Assembly (NCBI GenBank): GCA_963802945.1
Contig: CAWDKY010000017.1
Span: forward strand, 384,001 to 448,000
Length of the DNA stretch: 64,000 nt
From: an uncultured delta proteobacterium
GTDB taxonomy: Bacteria; Desulfobacterota; RBG-13-43-22
Direction of reading: 5' to 3'
Shown: one piece after another, positions 1-11,349 of the stretch
How the letters are laid out: the number at the start of each line of letters is the position of its first letter
Position numbering within the stretch: the first letter of the stretch is position 1
Notes under the pieces: generated by a model
Seen by the model: only the letters and a program-made list of their open reading frames with translations
What the model was told of the DNA's origin: nothing
Database searches by the model: none
Position numbers and translations under genes: made by a program

Positions 1-43
1 CGCCCATCCGGCCGCCGGCTCCGGCGATAATGGTTTTTATCAT
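1..43 (-). CDS. dapB: 4-hydroxy-tetrahydrodipicolinate reductase, 5' end only (runs off window)
   Basis: Minus strand reads MIKTIIAGAGGRMG, the GxxGRMG nucleotide-binding start of DapB, directly after dapF. Confidence 0.8.
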   Translation of the reverse strand, partial: MIKTIIAGAGGRMG

Positions 44-110
44 ATTAGTCTCCCTGAGTAATCACTCCAATAGGTTTATAAATTATCCATTCCCTAAGAA
101 AAACTTTTAA

Positions 111-950
111 TTAATCTTCTACTGCTTCCTGATACACTTCCCCTTCAAAGATCAAACGGACTTCTCCTTCCAAATAAACCTTTTTAATACTTGTTCCGGG
201 TTTTCCTTCCACATAAACGGTTAAAACCTCTCCCCCTCGCGTTTGTATTTTCACCGGGGAGCGGCATTTGTTCTTAAAAAAGGCGATACTGGCTGCGGCC
301 ACTGATCCTGTACCGCAGGCTAGGGTTTCCCCTTCCACACCCCTTTCATAGGTCCGCACAAAAAGCATTCCAGGATCTTTTATTTGGACAAAATTGACAT
401 TGGTCCCGGCAGGTCTAAAATACTCATGAAAACGAATCCGGTGCCCTAACTTTACTACATCAACAGCCTCAATGTTTTCCACCCAGACCAGAGCATGTGG
501 AACACCTGTATTAATGAAATCCAGGGTAACCCGTTTCTTCGCAACTGAAATGGTCTGATCCAGTTTAATCCCTTCAGGCCGGGTTAACTGGAGTTTTATT
601 TTTGATCCTTCCACCCAGGCTTGGATAGGACCGGCCAGGGTTTCAAAGGTCATCTCCGGCCCGGCAATGCCTTGAAGAAAGGCAAAGCGGGCCGTACACC
701 TACCCCCATTGCCGCACATCTCAGCTTCACTTCCATCGGCATTAAAAAAGCGCCATTTAAAATCGTAGCGATCCGAAGGTTCAATAAAAATCATTCCGTC
801 GGCCCCGACCGAAACCATCCTTCTGCAAAGGGCCCGGGTCAAGGATACCATTCTGTTTTCGGGAACGACTTTTAAGCGGTTATCCACCAGAATGAAATCA
901 TTTCCTGATCCACTAATCTTGGCAATTTTAAGAAAAGGTTTCGCAGTCAT
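111..950 (-). CDS. dapF: Diaminopimelate epimerase
   Basis: GSGNDF, EMCGNGGRC, NTGVPH and ERGVEGETLACGTG motifs. Confidence 0.97.
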   Translation of the reverse strand: MTAKPFLKIAKISGSGNDFILVDNRLKVVPENRMVSLTRALCRRMVSVGADGMIFIEPSDRYDFKWRFFNADGSEAEMCGNGGRCTARFAFLQGIAGPEMTFETLAGPIQAWVEGSKIKLQLTRPEGIKLDQTISVAKKRVTLDFINTGVPHALVWVENIEAVDVVKLGHRIRFHEYFRPAGTNVNFVQIKDPGMLFVRTYERGVEGETLACGTGSVAAASIAFFKNKCRSPVKIQTRGGEVLTVYVEGKPGTSIKKVYLEGEVRLIFEGEVYQEAVED

Positions 951-2207
951 TTAAAATTGTGGAATCTTCTCCAAAGCCGTCATTTGGGCATAGGTTTCCC
1001 GTTTGCGGACAACTCGAAACTGATCCCCTTGGACCATGATCTCGGCTGGTTTGGGCCTGGCATTATAGTTGCTGGCCATAGAAAAACTGTAAGCCCCGGC
1101 GCTCATGACGGCCAGAAGCTCTCCGGATTTGGGAAGGGGCAAAATGCGGTCCCGAGCTAAAAAATCACTGCTTTCACAGATCGGTCCGACCACATCAGCC
1201 TGGATCTTGGTCCGATTCTTTCGGATTACCGGCTGGATGTGGTGATAAGAACCGTATAAGGCCGGACGAAGCAAATCATTCATGCCGGCATCGACAATAA
1301 TAAAATTTTTTTCCTCCCCCTTTTTCACATAGAGAACCTTGGTCACCAGGATACCGGCATTGCCGACAATGGCCCTGCCTGGTTCCAGAATAAGGGTGTA
1401 GGGCGTTTGGCCTAATTCATGGAGAACGGCCCGGGCATAGTCTTTTGGATGAGGAGGCTCCTCCTGGTCATAAGTGATACCCAAGCCTCCTCCTAAGTCG
1501 ACATATTGAATCTCGATTTCCATTTTTTTCAATTGGGCCATCAGCTTTTTTAATTTCCGGATGGCTGCCAAAAAAGGATGAGTGGCCAACAATTGGGAGC
1601 CTAAATGGAAATCAACCCCGGCAATATGGATATGCGGCAAATTTTTAGCCAGCTGATATTCTTCCAGCGACTGATGAATATTGATCCCGAACTTGTTTTT
1701 TTTGAGTCCGGTGGAAATATAGGGATGGGTTTTGGGATCGATATCAGGATTGACCCGGATGCCGATGGAAGCTTTCCGCTTCGTTCGGCCGGCGATTTCA
1801 TTGACTAATTTCAATTCCTCAGGAGATTCAATGTTCAAGAGCAGAATTTTTTCTTTTAAGGCATAGCGGATCTCTTCCGAAGATTTACCCACGCCGGAAT
1901 AAACAATCCGTTCCGGAGGAATGCCGGCTTTCAAGGCCCGGTAGAGTTCTCCACCGGAGACGATATCGGTCCCGCCTCCCAACCGGCCAAAAAGGTTCAA
2001 TAGGGCCAGATTGGAATTGGCTTTCTGAGAATAGCAGACCAGATGAGGCGTTTTGGAAAAAGCCTGATCGAAAGCCTTAAAATGACGTTCTAAGGTAGCT
2101 TGACTGTAAATGTAACAAGGGGTACCCGCCTGGTTGGCGATCTTTTGAATAGGCACAGATTCGGCAAAGAGCCTGTTTCGTTTGTATTGAAAATGGTGCA
2201 TAAACAT
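951..2207 (-). CDS. lysA: Diaminopimelate decarboxylase
   Basis: YSQKAN (PLP lysine), HLGSQ, GGGLG, EPGR, GPICESSD and GAYSFSMASNYN motifs. Confidence 0.97.
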   Translation of the reverse strand: MFMHHFQYKRNRLFAESVPIQKIANQAGTPCYIYSQATLERHFKAFDQAFSKTPHLVCYSQKANSNLALLNLFGRLGGGTDIVSGGELYRALKAGIPPERIVYSGVGKSSEEIRYALKEKILLLNIESPEELKLVNEIAGRTKRKASIGIRVNPDIDPKTHPYISTGLKKNKFGINIHQSLEEYQLAKNLPHIHIAGVDFHLGSQLLATHPFLAAIRKLKKLMAQLKKMEIEIQYVDLGGGLGITYDQEEPPHPKDYARAVLHELGQTPYTLILEPGRAIVGNAGILVTKVLYVKKGEEKNFIIVDAGMNDLLRPALYGSYHHIQPVIRKNRTKIQADVVGPICESSDFLARDRILPLPKSGELLAVMSAGAYSFSMASNYNARPKPAEIMVQGDQFRVVRKRETYAQMTALEKIPQF

Positions 2208-2278
2208 AAATCCCTATTTTAATTAGTAGTCAGAATTCAGATTTCTAACTTCTATCTTCTGACTCCTGAATTCTGGCT

Positions 2279-3364
2279 TCAGGGGTTAAAGGTTATTTCA
2301 ACTTCTTTAGACCTTGAACCTTCCAAAAGGGCTGGCGGGCTTCCCACCGCACTGACCGAATACAAATAAGTTGCTCCCGGTTTTACTTGTTGGTCTTCAA
2401 AGGTCGTATCTTTAACCGTCTCTGGGGTAATTCTTGTGGGTGTTTTTTCATTCTTCATTCTTTTGTAAATATGGTATCCGCTGGGGATCAGGGAATCAAT
2501 TCCCTTCCAGCGAAGCTCCACCCCGTTGGGCATTAAAAAAGCTATCAAATCCTCAACAGGCGGGGGAGGGGCGATGCGTGAATAAACGATCCCCTTTTCT
2601 TCCGATCCCTCACTTTCCAGGAGATTTCCATAGACCTTACGCAGGGCTTTGACGCGATATTCATAGGAGACTCCTTCCTGGAGTTCGGAATCGAGATAGG
2701 CCGTCTTTTCTATCGGCTGAGGGTTGACCTTATTCCAGGGCCCCTTCTCCATCTTCCGTTCAAGGGTATAGCCTGCCAGACCTTCCGGGGGGCTGCCGTC
2801 CAATAACGATGAAGAGGGGAGCCATGAGATCAGAAGCCCCTGCTGATCGGGTTTCACTTGAAGTTCTGAAGGCGGCTTAAGGGGAAGATCCCAGGCCAGG
2901 CGCAGGGTTTTTGAAGGTTTACTGGCTGCCTCCTTTTTCGTAACGGCCGTCACTTGAAAATAATAGGTATTGCCTGGCTTGAGCTTTTCAAGGGTCAGTT
3001 GAACCTGATCCGTTTCAATTCTGATATCCGGCAGTTCAGGGCCTTTCAAGTCAATCCAACGGGTCTCCTGAAATTGTTCCGGACAAGTGGGACAAAAATC
3101 CTTGGTCGGCCATTCTCCTTTAAGAAACTTAAATCCTTTCAGATCCTTTAAAGGACTGTTGTCGGTATTTTCCTTAGGGATGGGCCAGGTGATGATCAGG
3201 GATTTCCCCTTGACCTGATAACTGAGGGGATCAACCCCGTTGGGGGTCACCTTTACCGGAACGACCGGATTGGCCTTTAGCCCGCAGGCCGTCAGGGCAA
3301 AAAACAAACAAACCCAAATGACTGCGGTCAGCTTTTGCTTCAGAGGTAAATTTATAAGGAACAT
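2279..3364 (-). CDS. Lipoprotein with fibronectin type III-like repeats
   Basis: Lipobox LTAC then GLKANP; three Fn3-like segments ending YYFQVTAV, YEYRVKAL, YLYSVSAV. Confidence 0.75.
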   Translation of the reverse strand: MFLINLPLKQKLTAVIWVCLFFALTACGLKANPVVPVKVTPNGVDPLSYQVKGKSLIITWPIPKENTDNSPLKDLKGFKFLKGEWPTKDFCPTCPEQFQETRWIDLKGPELPDIRIETDQVQLTLEKLKPGNTYYFQVTAVTKKEAASKPSKTLRLAWDLPLKPPSELQVKPDQQGLLISWLPSSSLLDGSPPEGLAGYTLERKMEKGPWNKVNPQPIEKTAYLDSELQEGVSYEYRVKALRKVYGNLLESEGSEEKGIVYSRIAPPPPVEDLIAFLMPNGVELRWKGIDSLIPSGYHIYKRMKNEKTPTRITPETVKDTTFEDQQVKPGATYLYSVSAVGSPPALLEGSRSKEVEITFNP

Positions 3365-4767
3365 ATTTTTTTCTCCATTTCCCTCAGGGCCTTTTTGACC
3401 TGTCTGGGGGATGTTCCTCCCTGCGAATCCCGTTGGGACATGGCTGAACGAAGATCCAGCACGGTTTTGACATCCTGATCAAAAATGGGATGAAAGGTTT
3501 TAAAGACCGGGAACGGGATGTCTTTTAACTCCAACCCCTTTTTTTGGGCATAAGCCACGAGGGTGCCCACGATGTGATGTGCGCTCCTGAAATCCAACCC
3601 TTTTTTTACCAGATAATCGGCTAGGTCCGTGGCCAGAAGATACCCTGTCTCGGCGGCTTTCTGCATCGAATCGGCTTTGAAACGGATATTCGACCAGAGA
3701 CCGCATAGGACCCGCGTGCTGTTCAATAAGGTTTCCGCCGAATCAAAGACTGGCTCTTTATCCTCTTGCAAATCCCGATTATAGGTCATCGGCAGACCCT
3801 TCATGATCGTAAACATCCCCATCAGATGGCCGTAAACCCGACCGGTTTTCCCTCGAATCAGTTCCGGGACATCAGGATTTTTTTTCTGAGGCATGATGCT
3901 GCTGCCGGTGCAAAAGGCATCACTGATCTCTACAAAATCAAATTCAGAACCGGACCAAAGGATCAATTCTTCAGACATTCGGGAATAGTGCATCATCAAA
4001 ATCGCCCCGGCAGACAGGAATTCGATAACGAAATCCCGGTCGCTGACCGCATCCATGCTGTTGGAGGAAATTTGATCAAAACCCAGTTCCTGCGCCACCC
4101 ACCTGCGGTCAAGGGGAAAGGAAGTGCCGGCCAGGGCCGCACTGCCCAGGGGGAGGACATTGACTCGTCTCAAGACTTCGCTCAGACGTTCTTGATCCCG
4201 GCAAAACATCTCCAGATAAGCCAGCAGATGATGGCCGAGGATTACCGGTTGGGCCCGCTGTAAATGGGTGTAACCGGGCAGAATCAGATGGCCTTGATTT
4301 TTGGCCCTGGTCCAAGCAATACCTTTTGCAGGGATTGGAGTTCCTGTTTTAAAACTTGTATCCGGTTTCGCAGATAGAGTCTTAAATCCAGGGCCACCTG
4401 GTCATTGCGGCTTCGGGCAATATGGAGTTTGCCGCCTGTCGGGCCCGATCTTTTGAATCAGTCGTTTTTCAACAAACATGTGGACGTCTTCGTCTTCTAT
4501 GGGGAAAGTCAGCTTGCCTTGTTCCCATTCCTGATAGATTTCCAGAAGACCGGTGCGAATTTTTTTGGCTTCTTTGATGGAGAGGATCCCTTGCCGAGTC
4601 AGCATTTTCAAATGGGCCATACTGCCGATCAGATCATAAGGCAGCAGACGATAATCAAAGGGCAAGGAAGCGGTAAAAACTTCGACCAGCGGATCGACGG
4701 CCTCGGAAAAGCGGCCGGCCCAGGGTTTATCTGCTTTTTTCTTTTTTCCTGCCTGGGGAGGTTTCAT
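3352..4767 (-). CDS. argH: Argininosuccinate lyase, split by frameshifts near 4440 and 4310 (probable sequence indels)
   Basis: WAGRF and EDVH in ORF 4402-4767; off-frame [11 protein letters not shown] and [11 protein letters not shown]; [12 protein letters not shown] in ORF 3352-4209. Confidence 0.92.
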
Positions 4768-4858
4768 ATTAAATCCTAATGTTTTTTTGAGTGCCTTACT
4801 CTTTTTCCTTCAATTTTCTGCTTCAGGATTCCGACTCCTGGATTCTAAATTCTCTAAG

Positions 4859-6049
4859 TTATGCCTTTGTTAACAGCTTTCTAATTTTCAGCCTCAATCC
4901 ATTGAGCCGGATAAAACCCTCGGCATCTTTTTGGTGATAGACCTGATCTTCTTCAAAGGTGGCAAAGTCCATCCGGTACAGGGATTGTCCCGATTTCCTC
5001 CCGGCCACCATGGCGTTTCCTTTATAGAGCTTTAACCGGGCAGTTCCTGAAACCCTGGCCTGGGCTTCATCCATCAATTTTTGAAGGAGCTCGCGCTCCG
5101 GAGAAAACCAATATCCATAATAGACCATCTCCGCATATCGTGGGATTAGGGAATCCCGGATGTGCATGACCTCCCGATCCAGGGTCAGAGATTCAATGGC
5201 TTGATGAGCGGTGCGGATCAAGGTCCCTCCGGGGGTTTCATAAACTCCGCGGGATTTCATGCCCACATAACGGTTTTCCACCAAGTCCACCCGCCCTATC
5301 CCGTGTTTTCCGCCTAGGCGGTTAAGGAAAGACAACAATTCGGCCGGCTTCATGACTTGGCCATTGACGGCCGTGGGATTCCCTTGTTCAAAGGTGATCT
5401 CTACGTATTCCGGGCGATCCGGGGCTTTCTCCGGCGACTGGGTCATCTGAAAAATGGCTTCCGGTGGTTCTATCCAGGGATCCTCAAGTATTCCCCCCTC
5501 AAAACTGATATGCAGCAGATTGGCATCGGAACTATACGGCCTCTCCGGGGTGATCGGTATCGGTATCCCGTGCTTTTGGGCATAAGCGATCAGGGCCGAA
5601 CGGGAGTCCAAGTCCCATTCCCTCCAGGGGGCGATGATTTTAAGACTGGGATTAAGGGCCATGCAGGTCAATTCAAAACGAACCTGGTCATTCCCCTTAC
5701 CGGTAGCCCCATGACTGACCGCTTCGGCCCCTTCGGCCTCGGCCACCATCACCTGGTGCTTAGCGATGATCGGCCGGGCCAAGGATGTGCCCAGGAGATA
5801 AAATTGCTCATAGATGGCATTGGCCCGGAAGGCCGGAAAGCAATACTGACTGACAAATTCTTCCTTCAAATCCCTGGACACAAACTTGGTTGCTCCGGTC
5901 TTTAGGGCCTTTTTTTCTATGGCCCCCCAGTCCTCTTCCTGGCCCAGGTCGGCCGAAAAGGCGATGACTTCCGCCTGATAGGTTTCTTGAAGCCATTTTA
6001 ATATGACCGAGGTATCCAAACCCCCAGAGTAAGCAAGGACGATTTTCAT
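4859..6049 (-). CDS. argG: Argininosuccinate synthase
   Basis: [24 protein letters not shown] and [11 protein letters not shown] motifs. Confidence 0.98.
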   Translation of the reverse strand: MKIVLAYSGGLDTSVILKWLQETYQAEVIAFSADLGQEEDWGAIEKKALKTGATKFVSRDLKEEFVSQYCFPAFRANAIYEQFYLLGTSLARPIIAKHQVMVAEAEGAEAVSHGATGKGNDQVRFELTCMALNPSLKIIAPWREWDLDSRSALIAYAQKHGIPIPITPERPYSSDANLLHISFEGGILEDPWIEPPEAIFQMTQSPEKAPDRPEYVEITFEQGNPTAVNGQVMKPAELLSFLNRLGGKHGIGRVDLVENRYVGMKSRGVYETPGGTLIRTAHQAIESLTLDREVMHIRDSLIPRYAEMVYYGYWFSPERELLQKLMDEAQARVSGTARLKLYKGNAMVAGRKSGQSLYRMDFATFEEDQVYHQKDAEGFIRLNGLRLKIRKLLTKA

Positions 6050-6202
6050 TATTTCTTTCCCCCCATTAACGCCTTGAAGGGTTCAGGACTTTGGTAACCC
6101 CAGTTAAGAGTTCGGTGTTCAAAGTAATGAGATTTTACTTCGAACTAACTACTCCAAACCAATAACTATCTCTTCCTGAATCTTCTCCCGTATATTATTT
6201 TC

Positions 6203-7120
6203 TTAACTACTACTATTTGATAATAGATACTCCAGCAATGCTTTATGCACATGGAGCTTATTTTCCGCCTGGTCGAAGACCGCAGAATTGGGGCCTTCCA
6301 GGACTTCTTCGGTAATCTCCTCTCCCCTATGAGCCGGCAAGCAGTGCAGGACCAGGCAGTCGGGCCTGGCGAAGGATAGAAGGGTTTTATTGAGCTGGAA
6401 GCCCTTGAACAATTTTATTCGTTCGGCGGCCTGATCTTCCTGACCCATACTGGTCCAGACATCGGTATTGATTACCTGGGCGTTTCGAACAGCCTCGACT
6501 GGATCATCGGTTAAGCTGATTCTCTCTCCGGCTTCTTTCTTGGCCCGATACCAGATTTCTTTATTGGGTTCAAATCCCTTGGGACAGGCCAGCACCAACT
6601 GAAATGGAAACAGACAGGCCGCTTCAATCCAGGAATGAGCGACGTTATTGCCATCTCCCAGCCAGGCGACCTTCATTCCCTGGAAATTGTTTTCTCGCTC
6701 CCAAATCGTATACAAGTCACTCAATATCTGGGCCGGATGATAAAGATCGCTTAAGGCATTAATAACCGGGATAGCGGCAAATCGGGCCAGTTCGTCAAGG
6801 GTATTCTGAGAAAAAGTGCGAACCACCAGGCCGTCTAAATACCGGGATAAGACCCGGGCCGTATCTTTCAAGGGTTCGTTGCGGGCCATCTGGGTATCCT
6901 GACTGCTGATAAAGACCGCCTGTCCTCCGGTCTGAATAATAGCTACTTCAAAGGAAATCCGCGTTCGGGTGGATGGTTTTTCAAAAAGGAGGCCAACGGT
7001 TTTTCCTTGCAAAGGACTTTCTTCTACTTGTCCTTCTTTATAGGCCTCGGTTCTCTCCCAGATGGCCTTTATCTCATTGGCGTTCAGATCCAATAACTTC
7101 AGGAAATCACGTTTACTCAT
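6203..7120 (-). CDS. argF: Ornithine carbamoyltransferase
   Basis: FEKPSTRTR, HPAQ, WTSMG and HCLP motifs. Confidence 0.97.
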   Translation of the reverse strand: MSKRDFLKLLDLNANEIKAIWERTEAYKEGQVEESPLQGKTVGLLFEKPSTRTRISFEVAIIQTGGQAVFISSQDTQMARNEPLKDTARVLSRYLDGLVVRTFSQNTLDELARFAAIPVINALSDLYHPAQILSDLYTIWERENNFQGMKVAWLGDGNNVAHSWIEAACLFPFQLVLACPKGFEPNKEIWYRAKKEAGERISLTDDPVEAVRNAQVINTDVWTSMGQEDQAAERIKLFKGFQLNKTLLSFARPDCLVLHCLPAHRGEEITEEVLEGPNSAVFDQAENKLHVHKALLEYLLSNSSS

Positions 7121-7136
7121 TTTGGATGACCCCCCA

Positions 7137-8345
7137 TCATTTCATCTCTTGAAAAATATCACGCAGTGTTTGAATCAAGGCATCGATTTCATTTTTCTTG
7201 ACGATCAAGGGAGGGACAAAACGAAGGATGGTATCCTGTGTGCAGTTGATTAAAAATCCTTTCTGAAAACAGGCATCCACTATGGGCTTGCCGGGCCTAT
7301 CCAGGGCCATACCCAAAAGCAAACCCAGGCCCCGGACATCAAGTATTTGAGGGAATTCATCCTTCAATCGGAGCAGTTGGCCCTTGAAGTACTCGCCGAT
7401 CTTTTTCACCCGGGGAAGAAATCCCTCTTCCAGGAGGATCGAAAGAACAACCCGGGCTGCGGCCGTAACCAGGGGATTGCCCCCGAAAGTGGCGGCATGC
7501 GTTCCCGGCTGGAAAACGGCGGCTACCTCATCCGTGGCCAGCAAGGCCCCGATCGGCAAGCCGTTCCCCAGGGCTTTGGCCAAGGTCATGATATCCGGTT
7601 GGGTCCCAAACTGTTTATGGCAGAACAGGGTGCCTGTGCGGCCCAGACCGGTTTGGACCTCGTCCAGGATCAGCAAGGCCTGACGCTCCCGGCAGAGTTT
7701 TTTAACGGCTTTAAGAAATCCCTTGTCCGGAACTTTTATCCCCCCTTCCCCTTGAATAGGCTCCATCATTACGGCACAGACCGAATCATTCCAAGTTTGG
7801 TCCAAGGCGGGAAGGTCATCAAAAGGGACAAAGGAAAAACCAGGCAGCAGCGGCCCGAACCCCTTTTGAAACTTTTCCTGGCCAGTGGCCGAGAGGGAAC
7901 CCAGGGTCCGGCCATGAAAGCTGTTTTTCATGCAGATAATCGTTGTCTTTTGCGGCCCGAATTTTTCCGTGGAATAGCGGCGGGCCAGCTTGATCGCCCC
8001 TTCATTAGCCTCTGTGCCGCTGTTGCAGAAAAAGGCCTTGTCGGCAAAAGAATGTTTGACCAACAGCTCGGCCAGGTCGATCTGGTTTTCAATGTGATAA
8101 AGGTTTGAGGTGTGCAGCAGCTTTCCCGCCTGGGCTTTGATGGCCTTAGTCACCCGTGGGTGGCTGTGACCTAAGGCCGTTACCGCGATACCAGCTAAAA
8201 AATCCAGATAAACACGCCCGTCTTGATCCCAGATCCGGCATCCCTGCCCTTTTTCAAAGGCCACTGGGATCCGTCCATAGGTGGGCATTAAAACTTTGTC
8301 GGCGCGTTCGACAATTTGATTGATTGATTCAATTTGGTTTCCCAT
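7137..8345 (-). CDS. argD: Acetylornithine aminotransferase
   Basis: FHGRT, EPIQGEGG, DEVQTG and TLAKALG motifs; position in arg operon. Confidence 0.95.
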   Translation of the reverse strand: MGNQIESINQIVERADKVLMPTYGRIPVAFEKGQGCRIWDQDGRVYLDFLAGIAVTALGHSHPRVTKAIKAQAGKLLHTSNLYHIENQIDLAELLVKHSFADKAFFCNSGTEANEGAIKLARRYSTEKFGPQKTTIICMKNSFHGRTLGSLSATGQEKFQKGFGPLLPGFSFVPFDDLPALDQTWNDSVCAVMMEPIQGEGGIKVPDKGFLKAVKKLCRERQALLILDEVQTGLGRTGTLFCHKQFGTQPDIMTLAKALGNGLPIGALLATDEVAAVFQPGTHAATFGGNPLVTAAARVVLSILLEEGFLPRVKKIGEYFKGQLLRLKDEFPQILDVRGLGLLLGMALDRPGKPIVDACFQKGFLINCTQDTILRFVPPLIVKKNEIDALIQTLRDIFQEMK

Positions 8346-8365
8346 CGATAAACCCTTTTTTTCGG

Positions 8366-8485
8366 TCCAAGGTTCAAGGTTAAAAAAAGAGTAGGGGATG
8401 TCAGATTTCTTTAATCAATGATATCGTGTGTTGAACCCTGTACCCTATACCTTATACCCTGTACCTTGTACCTTGAACCGTTATC
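8366..8485. repeat. Inverted heptamer tandem arrays (AAGGTTC-type / TGTACCT-type)
   Basis: TCCAAGG TTCAAGG ... TTGAACC CTGTACC CTATACC TTATACC CTGTACC TTGTACC TTGAACC. Confidence 0.8.
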
Positions 8486-9382
8486 TTATGTTATTTCCGT
8501 CCCAACCCCCCGATCGGTAAAGAGTTCCAGAATGACCGCATTCGCCACCCGACCGTCGATGATGTGGGCCTTTTCAACCCCGTCAGCAAGGGCATCCAGA
8601 CAGCAATTGACTTTGGGGATCATTCCGCCGCTGATCGTCCCATCTTCGATCAGCCTGGGGATTTCTTCCCTTTTCAAGGTGGAGATCAGATTTCCATTTT
8701 TGTCCTTGACGCCTTCCACGTCGGTCAGCAGTATCAGTTTTTGGGCCTTTAAGGCTGCAGCCACTTTCCCGGCTACCAGGTCGGCGTTGATATTGTAGGT
8801 CCGCCCCATTTCTCCGATCCCGATAGGAGCGATCACCGGGATAAAATGATGGTTTTCCAGGGTGGTGATGATCTCCGTGTTGACTTTTACCACTTCACCC
8901 ACCATGCCGATATCGATCAACTCCGGGGGATCATCCGGCCCTCCGCTTTTAAAAAGATTCATTTGTTGGGCAATAAGCAGTTGACCGTCTTTGCCGCTCA
9001 AACCGATGGCCTTGCCTCCCTGTTGATTGATCAGGTGTACGATCTCTTTATTGATCTTACCCCCCAGGACCATCTCGACCACATCCATGGTCTGGCTGTC
9101 GGTGACCCGGACCCCTTGTACAAACCGGGAAGAGATGTTCATCTGATCCAGCACCTTTTTGATCTGGGGGCCTCCGCCGTGAACCACCACCGGGTTCAGA
9201 CCGATGTATTTCATCAGGACCATGCTTTTGGCAAAGCCGGTCTTAAGGTCTTCGTCCACCATGGCATGTCCGCCGTACTTGATCACCATGGTCTGCTGGT
9301 AGAATCGCTTGATGTAGGGCAAGGCCTCCATCAGGATGGAAGCCTTCTCCGGATAAAGGGTGTTATTTTTGTCTTCGGTCAT
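8486..9382 (-). CDS. argB: Acetylglutamate kinase
   Basis: [21 protein letters not shown] and GGMIPKV motifs. Confidence 0.97.
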   Translation of the reverse strand: MTEDKNNTLYPEKASILMEALPYIKRFYQQTMVIKYGGHAMVDEDLKTGFAKSMVLMKYIGLNPVVVHGGGPQIKKVLDQMNISSRFVQGVRVTDSQTMDVVEMVLGGKINKEIVHLINQQGGKAIGLSGKDGQLLIAQQMNLFKSGGPDDPPELIDIGMVGEVVKVNTEIITTLENHHFIPVIAPIGIGEMGRTYNINADLVAGKVAAALKAQKLILLTDVEGVKDKNGNLISTLKREEIPRLIEDGTISGGMIPKVNCCLDALADGVEKAHIIDGRVANAVILELFTDRGVGTEIT

Positions 9383-9438
9383 AACAATTCCATTAAGAAA
9401 ATGAATTTGTACAGTTGGTGCCCGGTTTCATTAACCGG

Positions 9439-10819
9439 TTATAAAATATAGCGGCTCAAATCTTCATTCTCTTCAATAGCCGACAATTTATTCCGCACAT
9501 ATTCGGCATTGATCGTGCAGGTCTTTTCCGTCCAATCCGGGGCTTCAAAAGAAAGATCGTCCAGCAATCTCTCCATAATGGTATGGAGTCGACGGGCTCC
9601 GATATTTTCCGTCCGTTGATTGACGTGAAAGGCAATGCGGGCGATCTCGGCCACAGCTTCGGGTAAAAAGGTCAGGGTGATGCCCTCGGTTTTTATCAAC
9701 TCGCAATATTGGGTGATCAAGGCCGACTGGGGCTCGGTCAAAATACGAATAAAGTCCTCCTGGGTCAAGGAATTCAATTCCACCCGGATAGGAAACCGTC
9801 CCTGTAGTTCGGGGATCAGATCCGAGGGTTTGGAATTATGGAAGGCCCCGGAGGCGACAAACAGGATATGATCGGTTCGTACCATCCCGTATTTGGTGGT
9901 CACCGTGGACCCTTCGACGATAGGCAGCAGATCCCGCTGAACTCCTTCCCGGGAGACATCCGGCCCATGACTGGAACCTCTTCCGGCGATTTTGTCGATC
10001 TCATCCAAAAAGATGATTCCGGTTTGTTCCACCTTGCGGATGGCTTCTTCCGTCACCTTATCCATATCAATCAGCCGCTGAAGATTCCTCCTGAATCAAC
10101 ATCTCGAAGGCCTCGGGAACCTTGACCTTGCGGCGTTTGGTTTTCTTGGGGAATAGATTGCCGAACATATCTTTCATATTGAAGTCCATCTCTTCCATCC
10201 CCACGGAAGAAAAAATCTCAACCATGGGAACCGAGCGTTGCGTGACTTCCATATCCACATAGCGCTCTTCCAACTTTCCTTCTTGAAACAACGTCCTCAA
10301 TTTTTCCCTGGTGGATAAAGGTTCGGGACTGGGTTTTCGAACCACCTCCAAAATTTTTTCCTGCCCGGAAGGTTCTTCAGGCTTTGGGGATTCGGTCTTG
10401 GGAGGAAGCAGCAAGTCCAATAAGCGCTCTTCGGCGATCTCCCTGGCCTTGGACATGACCTTTTGTTTTTCTTCGGCCTTGATCATATTGATGGCCAGTT
10501 CGGTCAAGTCCCGGATCATGGATTCCACATCTCTTCCGACATAGCCTACTTCCGTAAATTTGGTGACTTCCACCTTCAGGAATGGGGATTGGGCCAATCG
10601 GGCCAGCCGCCTGGAGATCTCGGTTTTCCCTACACCGGTGGGGCCGATCATAATAATGTTTTTGGGAGCGATTTCATCCCGAATCGGTTCTGGAACTTGC
10701 TGCCTGCGCCAGCGATTCCGCAAGGCGATGGCTACCGTACGTTTGGCCGCATCTTGACCGACAATATATTTGTCCAATTCAGAGACGATTTCTCTGGGTG
10801 TTAAATACTCGTTGACCAA
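9439..10819 (-). CDS. hslU: ATP-dependent protease ATPase subunit HslU, single frameshift near 10080
   Basis: GPTGVGKTE and GYVGRDVES in the 5' ORF; [15 protein letters not shown] and C-terminal DLSRYIL in the 3' ORF. Confidence 0.95.
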
Positions 10820-10820
10820 T

Positions 10821-11348
10821 CTATAATTCCTCCAATACAATCTGTTCGTTGGTGTATATGCACAGAGAGGCGGCAATCTTCATGGCCTCCCGGGCGATTT
10901 CAGCGGCGGAAAGGGTGGAAAAACCTATCAAGGCTCGGGCGGCAGCCAAAGCCATGGGGCCGCCGGAACCAATGGCCGCCACCGCCTCATCGGGTTCCAT
11001 AACATCGCCTGTTCCGGACAGCATCAGAATGTGATCCTGATCAGCGGCCAGCAATAAGGCTTCCAGACGTCGTAATATCTTGTCGGTGCGCCAATCTTTG
11101 GCCATTTCCACGGCCGCTCTGGTCAAGTTTCCGTTAAACTGCTCCAGTTTGGCTTCCAGCTTTTCGAACAGGGTCAGGGCATCGGCCGTGGCCCCGGAAA
11201 ATCCGGTCAGGATTTGATCATGATAAAGCCGGCGGATTTTTTTGGCCCGGTGTTTCATCACGGTCTGCCCCATGGTCACCTGACCGTCGCCGGCAATGAC
11301 GACTTTCCCCTGATGACGCAAGGCCAGAATGGTTGTTCCTTCAAACAT
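10821..11348 (-). CDS. hslV: ATP-dependent protease peptidase subunit HslV
   Basis: N-terminal TTILA, GDGQVT, IGSGG and CIYTN motifs. Confidence 0.97.
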   Translation of the reverse strand: MFEGTTILALRHQGKVVIAGDGQVTMGQTVMKHRAKKIRRLYHDQILTGFSGATADALTLFEKLEAKLEQFNGNLTRAAVEMAKDWRTDKILRRLEALLLAADQDHILMLSGTGDVMEPDEAVAAIGSGGPMALAAARALIGFSTLSAAEIAREAMKIAASLCIYTNEQIVLEEL

Positions 11349-11349
11349 C

